Shown here piece after piece: positions 25,176-38,709 of a DNA stretch of 64,000 nucleotides. The notes below the pieces were generated by a model. The model was not told the origin of the DNA. It made no database searches and worked only from the letters and a program-made list of their open reading frames with translations. The DNA lies in the NCBI RefSeq assembly GCF_964194155.1, contig NC_135901.1:25296001-25360000 (forward strand), in the 5' to 3' direction. Each line of letters starts with the position of its first letter. Position 1 is the stretch's first letter. Source of the DNA: Cetorhinus maximus. Taxonomy: Eukaryota. Position numbers and translations under genes: made by a program.

Positions 25176-26267
25176 GGATTAATTCAGGAACGTACACAGT
25201 TCAGTGATTGAGCTGATGGGCCTGCAGTGTACTGTGCAGAACCGCTCTCTGGGATCTTTCCTCCTAATTCACAAATTTCCAGTTGAAGGTGTTTCTGCAG
25301 TAAATTAGTTAACTTTGTTAACCCAATGTCAATGCCATCCTCAGAACAGGGAAAGTCCCTGATTTCAATAAATGAACTGACACTCAAATCACTTGATGGG
25401 ATTCTAAGATGAGCAACATCGTCTGCTCAGAGAGAGGAAAGCTTGCACTGCAGCTAATGAGAAGCAGCATTCACACTCACAGACACCCAAACACACACTC
25501 TCACACCCATCAAAATATCTCCTGTTGCCTTATTGGTTCATGTCTTTTTAAAGAAAATCCTGAGTGAGCCATAAAAATCTCAAATGCTTGTCAAGCTTCC
25601 CCTGAAAGACATCTGTACTATTCACTTCACCCACTCCCTGTGGTAGTGAGTTCCACATTCTCACCACTCTCTGGATGAAGAAGTTTCTTCTGAATTCCCT
25701 GTTGGATTTCTCTGATGTTCTCTCATCATTCTCTTCCCCACAAGTGAAAACATCCTCTCTGTATCCTCTCTATCAAACCCTTATATCATTTTAGAGCCTT
25801 CATTTCTCAAAGAGAGGAGACCCAGTCTGCCAATACTTTCCTGATATATAAACCTACACATTTCTCTAGAGCCTTAATATATTTTTTATAATACGGTGAC
25901 CGGAACTACATGCAGTGGTCAGGAAGATTTTTGATCCGGGAGTCACAGTCTGCCCAAAAAAAGGGGTTCGAGCTCGGTATGTGATTTTCAGTTGGTTTAT
26001 TAAGAAGCAACTATTTAAAAGTGATGCATAATGGACAGAAAAAAAAACATACAATTTGTGGCAGATGAGAACGGTTTACTGGTCCCTAGGGACAAACAGA
26101 TAACACAGAGTGAGTGCTGGTCTCTGTAGCTGGTAGCTGCAATCTCCTCTGAACAATTCACTGGTGTGAACCAGAGTGTGGGTGTTGAAGCCAGTATGGG
26201 TCACTTTGAAATGTCTTATTCAGTCTTCTCTGAACAGTCTCTTCTGGACAGAGAGAACAGGTTTGTC

Positions 26268-26400
26268 CTGTGAAGGGTCGTACAGACCCGAAATGTTAAT
26301 TCTATTTCTCGTTGCACAGACACTGCCAGACCTGCTGAGCTTTTCCAGCATTTTCTGTTTTTCTTTCAGATTTCCAGCATCCGCAGTATTTTGCTTTTAT
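26268..26400 (+). mobile_element. Penelope-like terminal repeat with hammerhead stem II (gggtc/gaccc)
   Basis: tgaagggtcgtacagacccgaaatgttaa plus the family tail ending gcagtattttgctttta. Confidence 0.7.
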
Positions 26401-26425
26401 CCTCTGAACAGTTCACTGGTGGGAT

Positions 26426-26836
26426 CCAGAGTGTGGGTGTTGAAGCCAGTGGTGGGCGTTGAAGCCAGAGTGTGGGTGTTGAAGCCAGAGTGTGGGTGTT
26501 GAAGCCAGAGTGTGGAGGTATTGAAGCCAGTGTGTGGGTGTTGAAGCCAGAGTGTGGGGGTATTGAAGCCAGAGTGTGGGGGTGTTGAAGCCAGAGTGTG
26601 GGGGTGTTGAAGCCAGAGTGTGGGTATTGAAGCCAGAGTGGGGGTGTTGAAGCAAGAGTGTGGGTGTTGAAGCCAGAGTGTGGGGGTGTTGAAGCCAGAG
26701 TGTGGGTATTGAAGCCAGAGTGTGGGGGTATTAAAGCCAGAGTGTGGGGGTATTGAAGCCAGAGTGTGGGGGTATTGAAATCAGAGTGTGGGGGTATTGA
26801 AATCAGAGTGTGGGGGTATTGAAGCCAGAGTGTGGA
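26426..26836 (+). repeat. Minisatellite, 20-22 bp unit gaagccagagtgtggg(gg)tgtt, about 19 copies
   Basis: Direct tandem repeat. Confidence 0.95.
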
Positions 26837-27146
26837 TCACTTTGAAACCTCTTACTTGTCCAAAGTGCTTTTTCTGCTTGAGAGCCTGTTTGAACCTTTA
26901 CACAGACAAATGGTTTACGTATGGGTCATGAGATTGAATCGTATCAGAGTTAGAAATGTTCCATTTCAGGGCTTGTGCTAGAGGCATGTCCTTGGCAGAG
27001 AGAATAGGTCTGTCCTGTGTTCATCACCCAGAAAGCTGCTATGGAATCTTTCTTCATAAGCGACAGAAAGGGAGGGAGGGAGCTATTCCTATAATGTTCG
27101 ATAATTTTTTTTACAGATCGCCACACCTTGAGAAGAGAATATCCTT

Positions 27147-27848
27147 AACAAAAATAAAAATACCTGGAAAAACTCAGCAAGTCTGACAGCATCTGCAGAG
27201 AGGAGCACAGTTAACGTTTCGAGTCCGTATGACTCTTCAAAAGAACTAAGTAAAAATAGAAGAGGTGAAATATAAGCTGGTTTTGGGGGGGCGGGGATGG
27301 GTGGGACAGGTAGAGCTGGATAGAGGGCCAGTGATAGGTGGAGATAGCCAAAAGATGTCATAGACAAAAGGACAAAGAGGAGTTGAATGTGGTGATATTA
27401 TCTAAGGAATGTGCTAATAGATGACATTAAGGGTAGAAAGAGCAGGACAAGCAAGGTACAGATAGTGGGTGGGATAGAGTGGGGGTGGGGGGAAGGGATC
27501 GAAATAGGCTAAAAGGTAGAGATAAAACAATGGATGGAAATACGTTTAAAAATAATGGAAATAGGTGGGAAAAGAAAAATCTGTATAAATTATTGGAAAA
27601 AAGGGGGATCAGAAAGGGATGGAGGAGAGAGTTCATGATCTAAAATTGTTGAACTCAATATTCAGTCTGGAAGGCTGTAAAGTGCCTAGTCAGAAGATGA
27701 GGCACTGTTCCTCCAGTTTGCGTTGAGCTTCACTGGAACATTGCAGCAGGCCAAGGATGGACATGTGGGCATGAGAGCAGGGTGGAGTGTTGAAATGGCA
27801 AGTGACAGGGAGGTCTGGGTCATGCTTACGGACAGACCGAAGATGTTC
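27147..27848 (-). mobile_element. Penelope-like 3' fragment (GIY-YIG C-terminus, 3' UTR, hammerhead)
   Basis: Similar to 47221-48990. The minus strand encodes LGLLQCSSEAQRKLEEQCLIF*LGTLQP. Confidence 0.85.
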
Positions 27849-28065
27849 TTATTGATTCCTCACAGCTGATTTCTGGCTAACCCAGCTATTCCTAAGCTAT
27901 GAGCTTGTTTTTTCAATTTCTTGATTACATACCGTAGATAACATACTAAATCTACTAGAATGATCAGAATCAGCAAACCAAACCGTTGAGCTGCCACCGA
28001 GAATAAATATTAAAACCTTTTCCAGTAAATGTGATAACTATCGACTTCGATTCATCCTCCCCACC

Positions 28066-28430
28066 TACAGTGGCATAATGGTATTGTCACTGGACTAATA
28101 ATCCAGAAACCCAGGGTAATGCTCTGAGCACCGGGTATGAATCCCACCATGGCAGATGGTGAAGTATATATTCAATCAAAAATATGGCATTAAAAGTCAA
28201 ATGATGATTGATGTAAAAAAATCCATCTGGGTCATTAATGCTCTTCGGGAAAGGAAATCTGAGTCCTTATCTGGTCTGGCCTACATGTGACTCCAGACTC
28301 ACAGCGATGTGGTTGATTCTGAAATGGCTGAGCAAGCCACTCAGTTCTCAACAGCAATTAGGGATGGGCAATAAATGCTGGCCTAGCCAGCAATGCCCAC
28401 ATCTCATGAAGAATTTTTTTTTAAAATTCT
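28066..28430 (+). mobile_element. tRNA-headed SINE, SacSINE1/Deu-type
   Basis: tRNA-like head, central ccatctgg...ggaaggaaatctg block and tail gggatgggcaataaatgctggcc shared with the LINE at 56425-58215. Family name from recall. Confidence 0.7.
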
Positions 28431-28436
28431 AAATTA

Positions 28437-29722
28437 TTAAGAACATAAGAAATAGCAGGAGTAGGCCATTCGGCCCCTCAAGCCTGCCCTGCCATTCAAT
28501 AAGATCATGGCTGATCTTCCTAGGCCTCAACTCCTCTTTCATGCCAGCTTCTCATAGCCCTCAGCTCCACAATATTTTAAAAATCTATTTAGCTCAGCTT
28601 TAAATTCTTTCAGTGATCCAGCCTCCACAATTCTCTGAAGTAGAGAATTCCAGACATTCACTATCCTCTCAGAGAAGAATTTGCTTCACATCTCAGTTTT
28701 AAATGAGTGTCCCCTTATTCTGTAACTATGTCCTCTAGTTCAAGATTCCCCACTAGTGGGAACATCTTCTCGACATTTACCCTGTCAAGCCTCCTCAGAA
28801 TTTTGTACATTTCAATAAGATCACCCCTCATTCTTCTAAACTCTAATGAACGAAGGCCTAACCTGTTTAGCCGTGCTGGATAAGTCAACCCTCATTCCAG
28901 GAATCAGTCTAGTGAATCTCTTTTGAACCACCACCAAGGCCAATATATCCTTTCTTAAATACGGGGACCAAAACTGTACACAGTACTCCAGGTACGGCCT
29001 CACCAACACCCTGTACAATTGTAACATGATTTTTAAACTCCAACCCCCTAACAATACAGGCCAAAATTCCATTTGCCTTCTTAACTACTTGCTGCACCTG
29101 CATGCTAACTTTTTGTGTTTAATGCACAAGAACACCCAGATCCCTCTGTGCTGCATTTTTTTGGAGCCTCTCTCCATTTAAATAATAGTCTGCCCTATGA
29201 ATTTTCCTACCAAGTGCATGGCCTCACACTTTCCTACATTAAACTCCATCTGCCAAGTTTTTGCCCACTCACTCAACCTGTCTATATCTCCTTGCAGATT
29301 CCTTATGTCCTCATCACAACATGCCCTCGCACCTATTTTTGTATCATCAGCAAATTTGGATACAATACACTCTATCCCCTCCTCCAAGTCATTAATATAG
29401 ATTGTAAATAATTGACACCTTTGGACTGATCCTTGTGGCACTCCATTAGTGACATCTTTCCAACCTGAAAAAGACCCATTAATCCCAATTCTCTGACATG
29501 TGTGTGTTAACCAATCCTCAATACATGCTAATACATTACCCTCAATACCACGTGCTCTTATCTTGTGCAATAACCTTTTATGTGGCACCTTACTGAATGC
29601 CTTCTAGAAATCCAAATACACTACATCTACCAGTTCCCCTTTCATAACTCTGCTTGTTATATCCTCAAAGAACTCTAGCAAATTTGTCAAACATGATTTC
29701 CCTTTCACAAAACTATGTTGGC
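28437..29722 (-). mobile_element. CR1 LINE 3' 1.3 kb (RT)
   Basis: SCLTNLLEFF, GVPQGSV, SKFADDTK, LVRPYLEYC. Confidence 0.9.
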
Positions 29723-31434
29723 ATGTCATAAATACATATGGTTCAAACAAAAGTTCATGCATAGAGTTTAAAGATTCTCCAGCTCTCTGTTCACTGCCAT
29801 CCACCTTGTGGATATTTTCTAAATCCATATTCAAAATCCCTCTTCACTTTAATTTTACTCCCCCTGATAGATACCAGTGTGTTTAATTCTATCCTGATTG
29901 TTTAAGGGCAGGTTCTCTATGGACTATGGGTCAATACCTCAATGATATAAACTGTTGCCTCATACTGACCACATGAATCACTTCATGTTGTTCTGTTTGA
30001 GTAGCTGAGCATGTCTGGGGTCTGGTCTTCAGTGCAGGTTCACCATGTATTTCTGCATGTTAATTACACCACAATAACATATCACATCTGCACACTCACA
30101 GCGGTATCCCAGTATCATGCCCCATGGACCATCTGATACAAGTCACTTTTGGGCTTTCAGGTAATCCTGCCAAAAGGTTGTGGTGATGGTCCTCTGTCTG
30201 AAGATCTTGACTTAACTCCCCCTGCAAGTTCCAATGCCTCACGTAATGGCCAGACTATCAAATTCAGGTTTTTTAAAAAGTTCAGAGGGAAGAATACAAG
30301 TATCTCCAAGAGAAAGCTATCAATTTACGAGTCTCATTTACATGTTCCTGACTTTCACTAGAATGGATATGGATACCAGATTGATCTATTGTATTGAACT
30401 ATACCCAGGGTGTTATTCCAATTCCCACTTGGTGTTGTGATCTTCTTTATCTTTCATTCTAGCTGGGACATCCCATTAATTACCATTCTATCTCATTCGG
30501 GAGCCCTGGAGAAACTTTACTGACCAATTCAATATTCACATAATATGCTATTTGTAGAGCAGAGACACAAGTATTTGCAATCAGTTTGGAGATAACTCCC
30601 ATATCTCTCCTCCTCAAGCACTTTGTCTTGAAAGGTAACAATTGGGATGAAACCAAATCTTTAAAAGGCAAAGTCTTTAGTTCAAACCGTCACCATGTTG
30701 TCAGTGGAGAGGGTTAACTCCTCTGCTTGTTTTCAAAGGGGTTGGAGCAAACATTCTCAAATTGTGCACAATTATGTTGACTTTACGGAACTTTTCCTTT
30801 CAGGTCAAAGACGAACCAAACACCATCTTAAACTTTGCGTTTCCAATTCTGTTTATTTTTTCAGCTTTGCCCAATGTTACTTTTTTTTTCATTCTCCTTC
30901 AGGCACATTTCCAAATGACTGTAATAAAACTGAAGAAAAATAAAACAAACAAAATCAGCTTTCACAGGTAAACTTCAACCTCCTTAGACCACAAAGAGTT
31001 AAAGAGGATGGAGCTTCCCACAGCTTGTGATCTCTGAAACATAACTTCAAGGCTAAAGCTGATCTTTGGGAAATCCAATTTTTCGGTGCCTTTAACAATT
31101 CTACAAGTCAATTGTAATTCATACTTAAAGGTTTACTTTCACACAGTATTTACAACATTTCACTTGTCTCAGCACAGAAGCTGGCAGCATTTTAGATTAA
31201 ATATCAGTTGAACTTTCTCTTGTAACTGGCGTATGGTGATCATGTTCACTGTAGGTCTGCCAGCATAGAAACCGCACTGTGCTTCTGGAAACACTCAGTC
31301 TGCAAGTAGATAAAGTCTTCTAAGCATCATCCCAGCGAAGGTCGTTCCTGTGACACTAAGAAGTGAGATGGATCTGTAGTTGTTGCAATCTCTTTCGCCT
31401 CAATTGTTTTTGCATAATATGCTGACTTTTGAAT

Positions 31435-32085
31435 CATGCATGTCCTGTGGAATTGAGGTCATGAAGGTGTGGCAGTAGATAGGACTTTCCGTGCTTGAGC
31501 AGTTCAGCTGTAATTCCATCAATAGCAATCAATGGCCTTTTCCAGCTCAAGTGATGAAATTTCCTTGTCCAACTCACCCATGACAAGAAGCTGCTGAAGA
31601 GAGTCAAACAGAGACTGGGAGGTGTCTGTCTCATGGGAGTACAGCTCACAATTGTGTTCAACCCAGCAGGACTTCTGTCAGTGAGTACTTCACCATCTGC
31701 CAATTTCAGGGCGTCAACTTTGGTGATGGTCGGACCAAGCGCCCTCTTGATCCCATCATACATTGCACGGAGATTCCACAGGCAGTTTGGATTTCTTAGT
31801 GTGGGCTGATCCAGTGTATATTTACACTGCATCTCCCTGTCTTCTGCACAACCATCTTGGCTACTTTCAAGTTATGCAGTGTTCTATGTTTATGTTGTGT
31901 ATCAGGTTGGCTTTGCTTTTTGCTTCAATGACAGATTCATCTCTGCTGAGTGGATCTCAAACCAGTCTTTGTTGTCGGTTCCACCTTTACCAAATGTTGC
32001 TGCTGCTGTGTCAGAAATGATTGAACTCAGCGACTTCCAAACTTCATCAATATCAATGTTGATTGATGAAGCTTTTATTGATGTG
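31435..32085 (-). mobile_element. RTE-like LINE fragment
   Basis: YDGIKRALGP...GEVLTD and DGITAELLKHG. Confidence 0.6.
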
Positions 32086-32514
32086 TCTGTAAAATATTTT
32101 ACTGTTTTGTTTCATGTTCCTTGATAATTTAATTTCAAAATGGAGGTGCCACTGTGAAGAATGTGGCAATTGGTAAGAATTGTCTGTAAAGATTAATCAG
32201 CACTTTCTAATTGGTGATGTTAATCAGTGGAACCTCTCAGACATTGAATTGTAGATTTTACACCAAAGATCAATTTAGGATTGCAGCAAAAGTTCCTAAT
32301 TTTACTGCAAACTAATTCCTGGCGAGAATTCTTGAATTAAACAGAAAGATTGGAGATGGCATTTTTAAAATGAGACATTGTGACATCTCCAGAATATTAA
32401 ACTGCAGTCAGTTATAGGGTTGTTAACATCAGCAGAAACAACCCAAATATTGTCAGATTATCAGACCTGGATGTGATTAACAGCAGCAATTACAGCAGAA
32501 TCCAATCACTGCAG

Positions 32515-33105
32515 TCACTTGTGAACCCGCTCGTGTCTCAGCAGGTGTTGTGACTGCGTGAATCCCGTCCCACACGAGGAGCAGGTGAACGGTCTATCCC
32601 CGGTGTGAACTCGCTGATGTGTCAGCAGTTGGGATGACCAAGGGAATCCCTTCCCACACACGGAGCAGGTGAACGGCTTCGCCCCAGTGTGAGTGCGTTG
32701 GTGTTCATTGAGGTCGATTGACTGCCGGAAGCTCTTTCCACAGGAAGTACAGCTGAATGGATTCTCCTTCGTGTGCATTCGGTGGTGTGACTGGAGGGCG
32801 AATACCTGAGTGAATCCCTTCCCACACACGAAGCAAGTGAATGGTCTCCCACCCGTGTGAATTCGCTGGTGTTCAGTGAGGATGGATGAAGACTTGAACC
32901 TCTCTCCACAGGTTATGCAGCTGAATGGCTTTTTCTCAGTGTGAACTCGCTGGTGTGACCGAAGGCCGGATGACCGAGTGAATCCCTTCCCACACACGGA
33001 ACAGCTGAACGGCTTCTCCCCAGTGTGAATGCGTCGATGGATTTCCAGCCGAGATGAAGAATTGAATCCTTTACCACAGTCCTCACATTTCCACGGTTTC
33101 TCCAT
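32515..33105 (-). CDS. C2H2 zinc-finger protein F (7 fingers, intact)
   Basis: MEKPWKCEDC... to HERVHK*. An upstream in-frame ATG is at 33156. Acceptor ttttgcAG near 33450. Confidence 0.88.
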   Translation of the reverse strand: MEKPWKCEDCGKGFNSSSRLEIHRRIHTGEKPFSCSVCGKGFTRSSGLRSHQRVHTEKKPFSCITCGERFKSSSILTEHQRIHTGGRPFTCFVCGKGFTQVFALQSHHRMHTKENPFSCTSCGKSFRQSIDLNEHQRTHTGAKPFTCSVCGKGFPWSSQLLTHQRVHTGDRPFTCSSCGTGFTQSQHLLRHERVHK

Positions 33106-33949
33106 GATGCCAGTGTGTTTGTCTCCCTCCTGGTTGGACAATCGGTTGAAGCTCATCCACGCACAGAACACGTGTATGGTTTCTCCCCACTGTGAACAGT
33201 GTAATGTTTTTTTTCAGGCTGTGTAACTGGTTAAAGCTCTTTCCACAGTTTGTGCACTGGAACACTCTCACTCGGGTATGTGTGTCTCGGTGCTTTTCCA
33301 GTTACACTGATGTTTGAAATCTTTTCCCACAGACAGAACAGACAAACATTTCTTCTTCCACATTCAAAGGTGAATTGAGTGACTCTGTCAGATCATGTTG
33401 TGATGTTCAGTTTGAGCCTCCTGTCTGTAAATCCACCCGTTCTAATACCCTGCAAAAGAAGTTTACAAAACTCATCACTGTACGTGCAGAAATTCTGAAC
33501 AGACAATTCTAGTTTCTATGGAACCTGTTTTCCTCACTTTTTCCTGCAAAGCAGTAAATCCTCATCCCACACACTCTTCCTCCTCCTCGTGCTGGAATCC
33601 AAACCTCAGAGTGAACAGCCATCCCTTAATTTTTGTGATTTCCCTGTATTTAAGTCAACTATCCTAGGCTGCATGGTGCTGGGCACTGTTTGTCCCCTAA
33701 ATTGGACCCCTCTCATTGCGCAGAACCCTGCCCCTACTGTTTCTGTGTTCCAACAGCTCTGTCACCACCCCACCCAACACCCTCCCACCGACTCAAATGG
33801 CAGGGTGTCCTTTAATTTTTGTTGGTCAGCCTGCCAAACTCATCACACCATCTCCAACATTCCTTTCCCCAACTGCCAGTTTCCTCCTTCCCTTCACTCT
33901 GGCTAGGTTGAGTTCTCAAGTCGCTCTATGGAGAGTGAGAATATAATCA

Positions 33950-34720
33950 ATGAATCATTTTCTCTCCTGGTCACTGGGACCCTGTAGCCCCGCCCACTCG
34001 CTGTTGCTTCACCAAGATGGCGGCACAGAAAGTAAGGATTCCAGTGCAGGTTGTTACTGGGGGTTTGGGGCCTCCAGCGGGTGTTTCTGAATCCTCCCCG
34101 CCCACCTCCCAGGGTTTCCTTCCTTCCCACAGATCAGATTCCTCATTGATTTGAGCCCAAAGTGTAACCTCTTATTTATTATCCCCCATCCTCTGATGTG
34201 AACCATCCTCCACTCGCTGACCCAGGATGGCGGCCGTTAACCTGGACCTGTTCCCGGGAGGGAGAAGCCCCGCACTGGTGTTTATGAAGCCTCCCATCCC
34301 ACTGCCTCCCTCCCTCATGACCCGCCCGGCAGCAATTTACCGGCTGAGAATTTCCCCACAACCGCCTGAACTGTCCGCCATCACCCGCACTGCGCATGCT
34401 CCAGTTCACCGGACCTGGGGAGTGATTGACGGCAGCTCTGGACCAATAGGAAGATTGGGCGGTGTTGGAGGACCGAGAGGAGGCGGATGGTCCTCCAACC
34501 AATCGGAGCGAATGAGGGGCGATGCTGAGCCCGGATTTCCCTCATTGGCTGAAACTTCTGCATCATTTTCAAAGCTGATTTGTCTCAAACTCCAGGAGAA
34601 AACTGGACCTTTCTGCTTGTGGCTTTAACCAGATGAAACCCTGTGGGTGTGGAGCAAACATTTCAACATTTGTTAGTGAAATGGATTCATTCAGGACAGA
34701 CAGCAGGGTTGATTTGAAGG
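33950..34720. promoter_or_regulatory. Promoter and first-exon module of ZNF F
   Basis: YY1 aagatggcgg at 34014-34023, gatggcggcc at ~34226, tgcgcatgct at 34391 and CCAAT boxes. Near-identical to 24860-25175. Confidence 0.75.
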
Positions 34721-34865
34721 AACAACACAGTGGAGTGAGAAAGGAAATTCAGTGGCAGGATTGGGGAGCTGGGACTTGTAATTTAAGATTTGAGAACTAA
34801 AGTAATCTGGAGTAAGAAAGGAGAAAATGACAACAAACTGAATATGTAAATACATGGAGCACCAT

Positions 34866-35335
34866 TACCGGATGTCTGGGCGAGTGCAGATCCAACAGCG
34901 CTCAAGAAGTTCGATACCACCCACTCCAAGTAACCCACTTGATTGACAACCCATCCTCAAACATTCACTCCTTCCACCACCGACAAACTGTAGCAGCAGT
35001 GATACCATCGACAAGATGCACTGCAGAAACTCACCAAGTCTCCTTAGACAGCACCTTCCAAACCCACGACCAGCACCATCCAGAAGGACATGGGCAGCAA
35101 ACACATGGGAACACCTTGACCTGAAAGTTCCCCTCCAAGCCACTCACCATCCTGACTTGGAAATATATCACCGTTCCTTCACTGTTGCTGGGGCAAAATC
35201 CTGGAACTCCCTCCCTAACAGCACTGTGGACTGCAGAGGTTCAAGAAGGCAGCTCACCATCACCTTCTCAAGGGCAATTAAGGATGGGCAATAAATGCTG
35301 CCCTGGCCAGTGAGCCCCGCATCCAATGAATGAAC
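34866..35335 (+). mobile_element. LINE 3' fragment (same family as 56425-58215)
   Basis: NIHSFHHRQTVAAV and tail ggcaataaatgctg. Confidence 0.75.
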
Positions 35336-35339
35336 TTCA

Positions 35340-35595
35340 TCCCTCATCCCCGATTTTAATCACTACACCATTGGTGTCCATGCCTTCAGCTGCCTGGACA
35401 CTAAACTCTGGAACTTACCTCCCTAAACCTCTCCACCTTTTCACTTCACTTTCCTCATTTAAGACACTCCTTAACTTCTTTAACTAAGCTTTTGGTCACC
35501 TGACCTAATATGTCCTTATGCTCCTGTGAAACTCCTTGGGACATTTTATTATGTTAAAAGCTCAATATAAATATCAGCCATTGCAGTTGTTGTTG
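35340..35595 (+). mobile_element. L2-type LINE 3' end
   Basis: gccttcagctgcctgg...ctctggaac...tttaagacactcctta...tatataaat...gttgttgttg. Confidence 0.6.
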
Positions 35596-37318
35596 TATCT
35601 CAGTCAGACCCGATCACTGACTGAGTGAATGAGTCTGTATAAATGTAACTCAGATGGACACAGCTTGTTAGAACAGACCTAGGGAGAAGGAAGCTCTGAA
35701 CTAACTCTGGACTTTCTGTTCTCCACAATTGGGAACAGCAAATATGAATTATGCAAATTTTCCTCACTCTAAATTAACAAGCTTGGATAATGTTCCTGCC
35801 TGGTTTCACTTGGCATGCACATTAGCAGTTCATTCAGTCAACAACAGAAGTTAATGGGTTTTCGATGCAGATAAACATTGTTGCTCACCATCTCTAAGGT
35901 GTCTCATAGTAAAGTGTGCTCATAAAGACAGACGCAAATGATGCTGTAATTGAACGAGAGGAAATGGCAGAGCTGGTACAGAATCATTCCTTTAAATAAT
36001 CGGTCTTCAGAATAGAGTTTCAGGAAAAGCGACCGAGGGAGTCGTGGAAACCGAGGTGCAGTGCAGATCTGCTGGCTTCCTTCCTGTCTTCTACATGGAT
36101 GCGATTTATGCGCCAGAAAGCTTCTCACCTGGACAAAGAGGCATCAAATATAAATAACGCATCATTCTCAAAAACCGTTCCCAGTAAAGTTATTGGATTT
36201 TGTTTAAAAGCTAACTGCGCTCAATTTCAAATGAGCACCATATGATTTGCATTACCTGGTGACTGGCGCTCTTTTGTCTAACAGTCATCTTTGCAATTCG
36301 ATGTTGCTGTATATTTCAGAGTTTCAATACAAATGAAGGCATCAATATCAGATAAAATATTGACATTAAATGGAGAATATCAGAACAAATACTAAGCAAA
36401 GTTTGTTGAATTTCTCCCTCCAAGGGTGAGAAGGGTGATCCTAATGATTGTGCAGAAAGCATTGCTGCCTGAGGCATTTGCCGGATGGACACTACTACAT
36501 TTTGAAATTCAAAACAAGCTGAGGCATCAGGGTGAAACCAGCAGTTGTCTCCCTGCAACAAGTGACATGGCCTCTCAGTCTAACCATTGGGATCCTCCAA
36601 ACATTCTGGTAGCGGAGCACTGCTCTGTTTGCAGCACAAATATTTATTCTGTGTAAGATTTTGTTCCAAGAACAAAAATATTTTAAACCAAATAAAGTAA
36701 ACAAAGCATTGAACACGTGATCTTGGCAGGGCTCTGTTAAACTCTGACAAATCATTTTCCTCTATAGTATAGCAACCTCGATTAAGGTTGAGGAGCAAAA
36801 GTAATAAGATTGTATAAATCAGCTCAGAAATAATGAGATGTTTGCCATATGAACATGATATAATTATGCAACTGATCTCATGTCGAATTTACAAAAGTGT
36901 TATTTTTTCTGATCAAAGTATATTCGGAACCCAAGTCCAAATCTTCATGTCATTGGGTCAGGGAAACCCTGCGAATTAAGGCAAACTAGGCATAGATTCT
37001 GCAGAAACTCCTTTTTCAAAAGGGAATTGGGAAATTAAATGAATGGGAGAAAAAACACAGCTTTTTTGAAAGAGAGAAGAAAATTGCGAGTAATTTGTTT
37101 GCTCTTTTAAAAAGGGGACAGAGATCGGATGATGGAAGGGCCTCTTATGCCATTGTTTGGATACATGGTGCTATAGCATTTTATGATTACATCTCTCTGC
37201 AGCATTCCTGATAATAGCAGCTGAATTCCATTTCTTCGAAACGGGGACCTAGAGTGCTGCTGCGTAACAGCGCAGTTTAACATTCCAGATATGCTCATTG
37301 CAGCCAAGGCCTTCACTT

Positions 37319-37398
37319 GTTTCTGTAGTGCAGTGGTTATCATTTACACATTTGCCCAGAATGTGTAAAATCTCAGGTTCAAAACTAGCCAGAAGCAA
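37319..37398 (+). pseudogene. tRNA-Val-like pseudogene
   Basis: gtttctgtagtgcagtggttatca...ggttcaaaactagccagaagca resembles vertebrate tRNA-Val GTTTCCGTAGTGTAGTGGTTATCA...GGTTCGAAACCGGGCGGAAACA. The anticodon arm is disrupted. Confidence 0.7.
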
Positions 37399-38535
37399 TA
37401 TCAAAGTTTGCTTATCTAAGTGTGAGTAAAAGTTGCATCATTCCTGGGACGTGCCTTGCTCTCTCTGTCTGTGTCTGTGACATTTGTCCCTCTGTTCCTT
37501 TTTACAAAGTGTGATATTCTGAGAAGCTGTTTTCCCCTGGCTGGAGCATCTAGAACTGGGCTCACATTCTTCAGATGATGTGTCAGCCATTTAGAACTGA
37601 GGTGAGTCACTCAAAGGCTGGTGAATCTTTGAAATTTTCTGCCCCAGTTGCCTGTGGATGCTCAGTCATCAAGTATTCAAAAGTGAATTGGATAGATTCT
37701 TGTCCTGTACTTTTAAGTGACAGGGTGACCAAGGAACGGTGGGGGAAGTGGCACAGACAGGGCCAGATATTCCTTTTCTCTGTAACTATTCTCTGATTTT
37801 ATACAGACATCATTAGAGTCTCTGTGTGGACTGTAGTTGTGGCTGGCTGGTTAAGGTGATGGATTTAAAATTCATTGGGATTTCCCCACGTATGTTAGAA
37901 TCATACTGATTGTTCCTGGCTTAAACTGAGAGTCTGTAAATTAATTATCGGTTAAATGGAATTAAAACCTTCCAGATCTGATTCCAAATCCCACGCTCAT
38001 GCTAAATGACAAGAAAACTTCTCACTGAATTTGCTCAGTCTCCTGAGGTCAGAAGAGGGAGGAAGGTGGATTTTGCTGTAATGGGTTGTAAGATGATCGA
38101 ATGACTGTGAAGGCAGTCGGAGTGGGGATAAAAATGAACCAATTATAGAAAGTTACAGCACAGAAAGAGGCCATTCGGCCCAGTGTGCTGCTTTGAAAGA
38201 GCCGCTGTGATTGGTTGTTCTGAAGTGATATTTGTTCCAGTTTGAACAGCATAAATTAAAATACGTCCCATTTCCACCCACATTTAGCCCTGCACCATCA
38301 TCTCTCTATGTCTCATGCCTTGCAACTGATTACATCCTTCCATTTTGCCCTTTCACTCCCTCCCTCTGCCTTGTTTTTCACCTGTTACATCTCTGACTTT
38401 TCCAGCTCTGATGAAAGATCATCCAGCTGCAAGATTCACTCTGTTTCTCACTCCACAGATGCAGCCAGACCTGGTTTCATTTCATATGGAATTTTGGTCA
38501 ATGGTGACAGCCCACACAGCACCAAGAAAGAGTGT

Positions 38536-38599
38536 TGCCCTGGCTGGGAATCGAACCCAGGCCACGGCAGTAAAAGCGCTGAATCCGAACTACCAGGGA
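38536..38599 (-). pseudogene. tRNA-Glu-like pseudogene with D-arm deletion
   Basis: Minus strand reads tccctggtagttcggattcagcgcttttactgccgtggcctgggttcgattcccagccagggca, matching tRNA-Glu TCCCTGGT...GGATTCGGCGCTYTCACCGCCGCGGCCCGGGTTCGATTCCCGGTCAGGGA. Confidence 0.8.
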
Positions 38600-38709
38600 A
38601 GCTGGCAGGCAGCTTTCCAAATTAGATGATAATCATCTCTTTACCCATTGCTGCCCTTCAGCTCACTGACTACAGACAGGTTTCTCACACAAAATGGTTT
38701 GGTTAACCT

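Noticed and set aside
26426-26836. CRISPR-like appearance of this and the 8766 and 60525 repeats
   Set aside because: No unique spacers, no cas genes, and the context is eukaryotic.
29830-31430. Unexplained AT-rich stretch, possibly a decayed transposon
   Set aside because: No recognisable motif or sustained reading frame.
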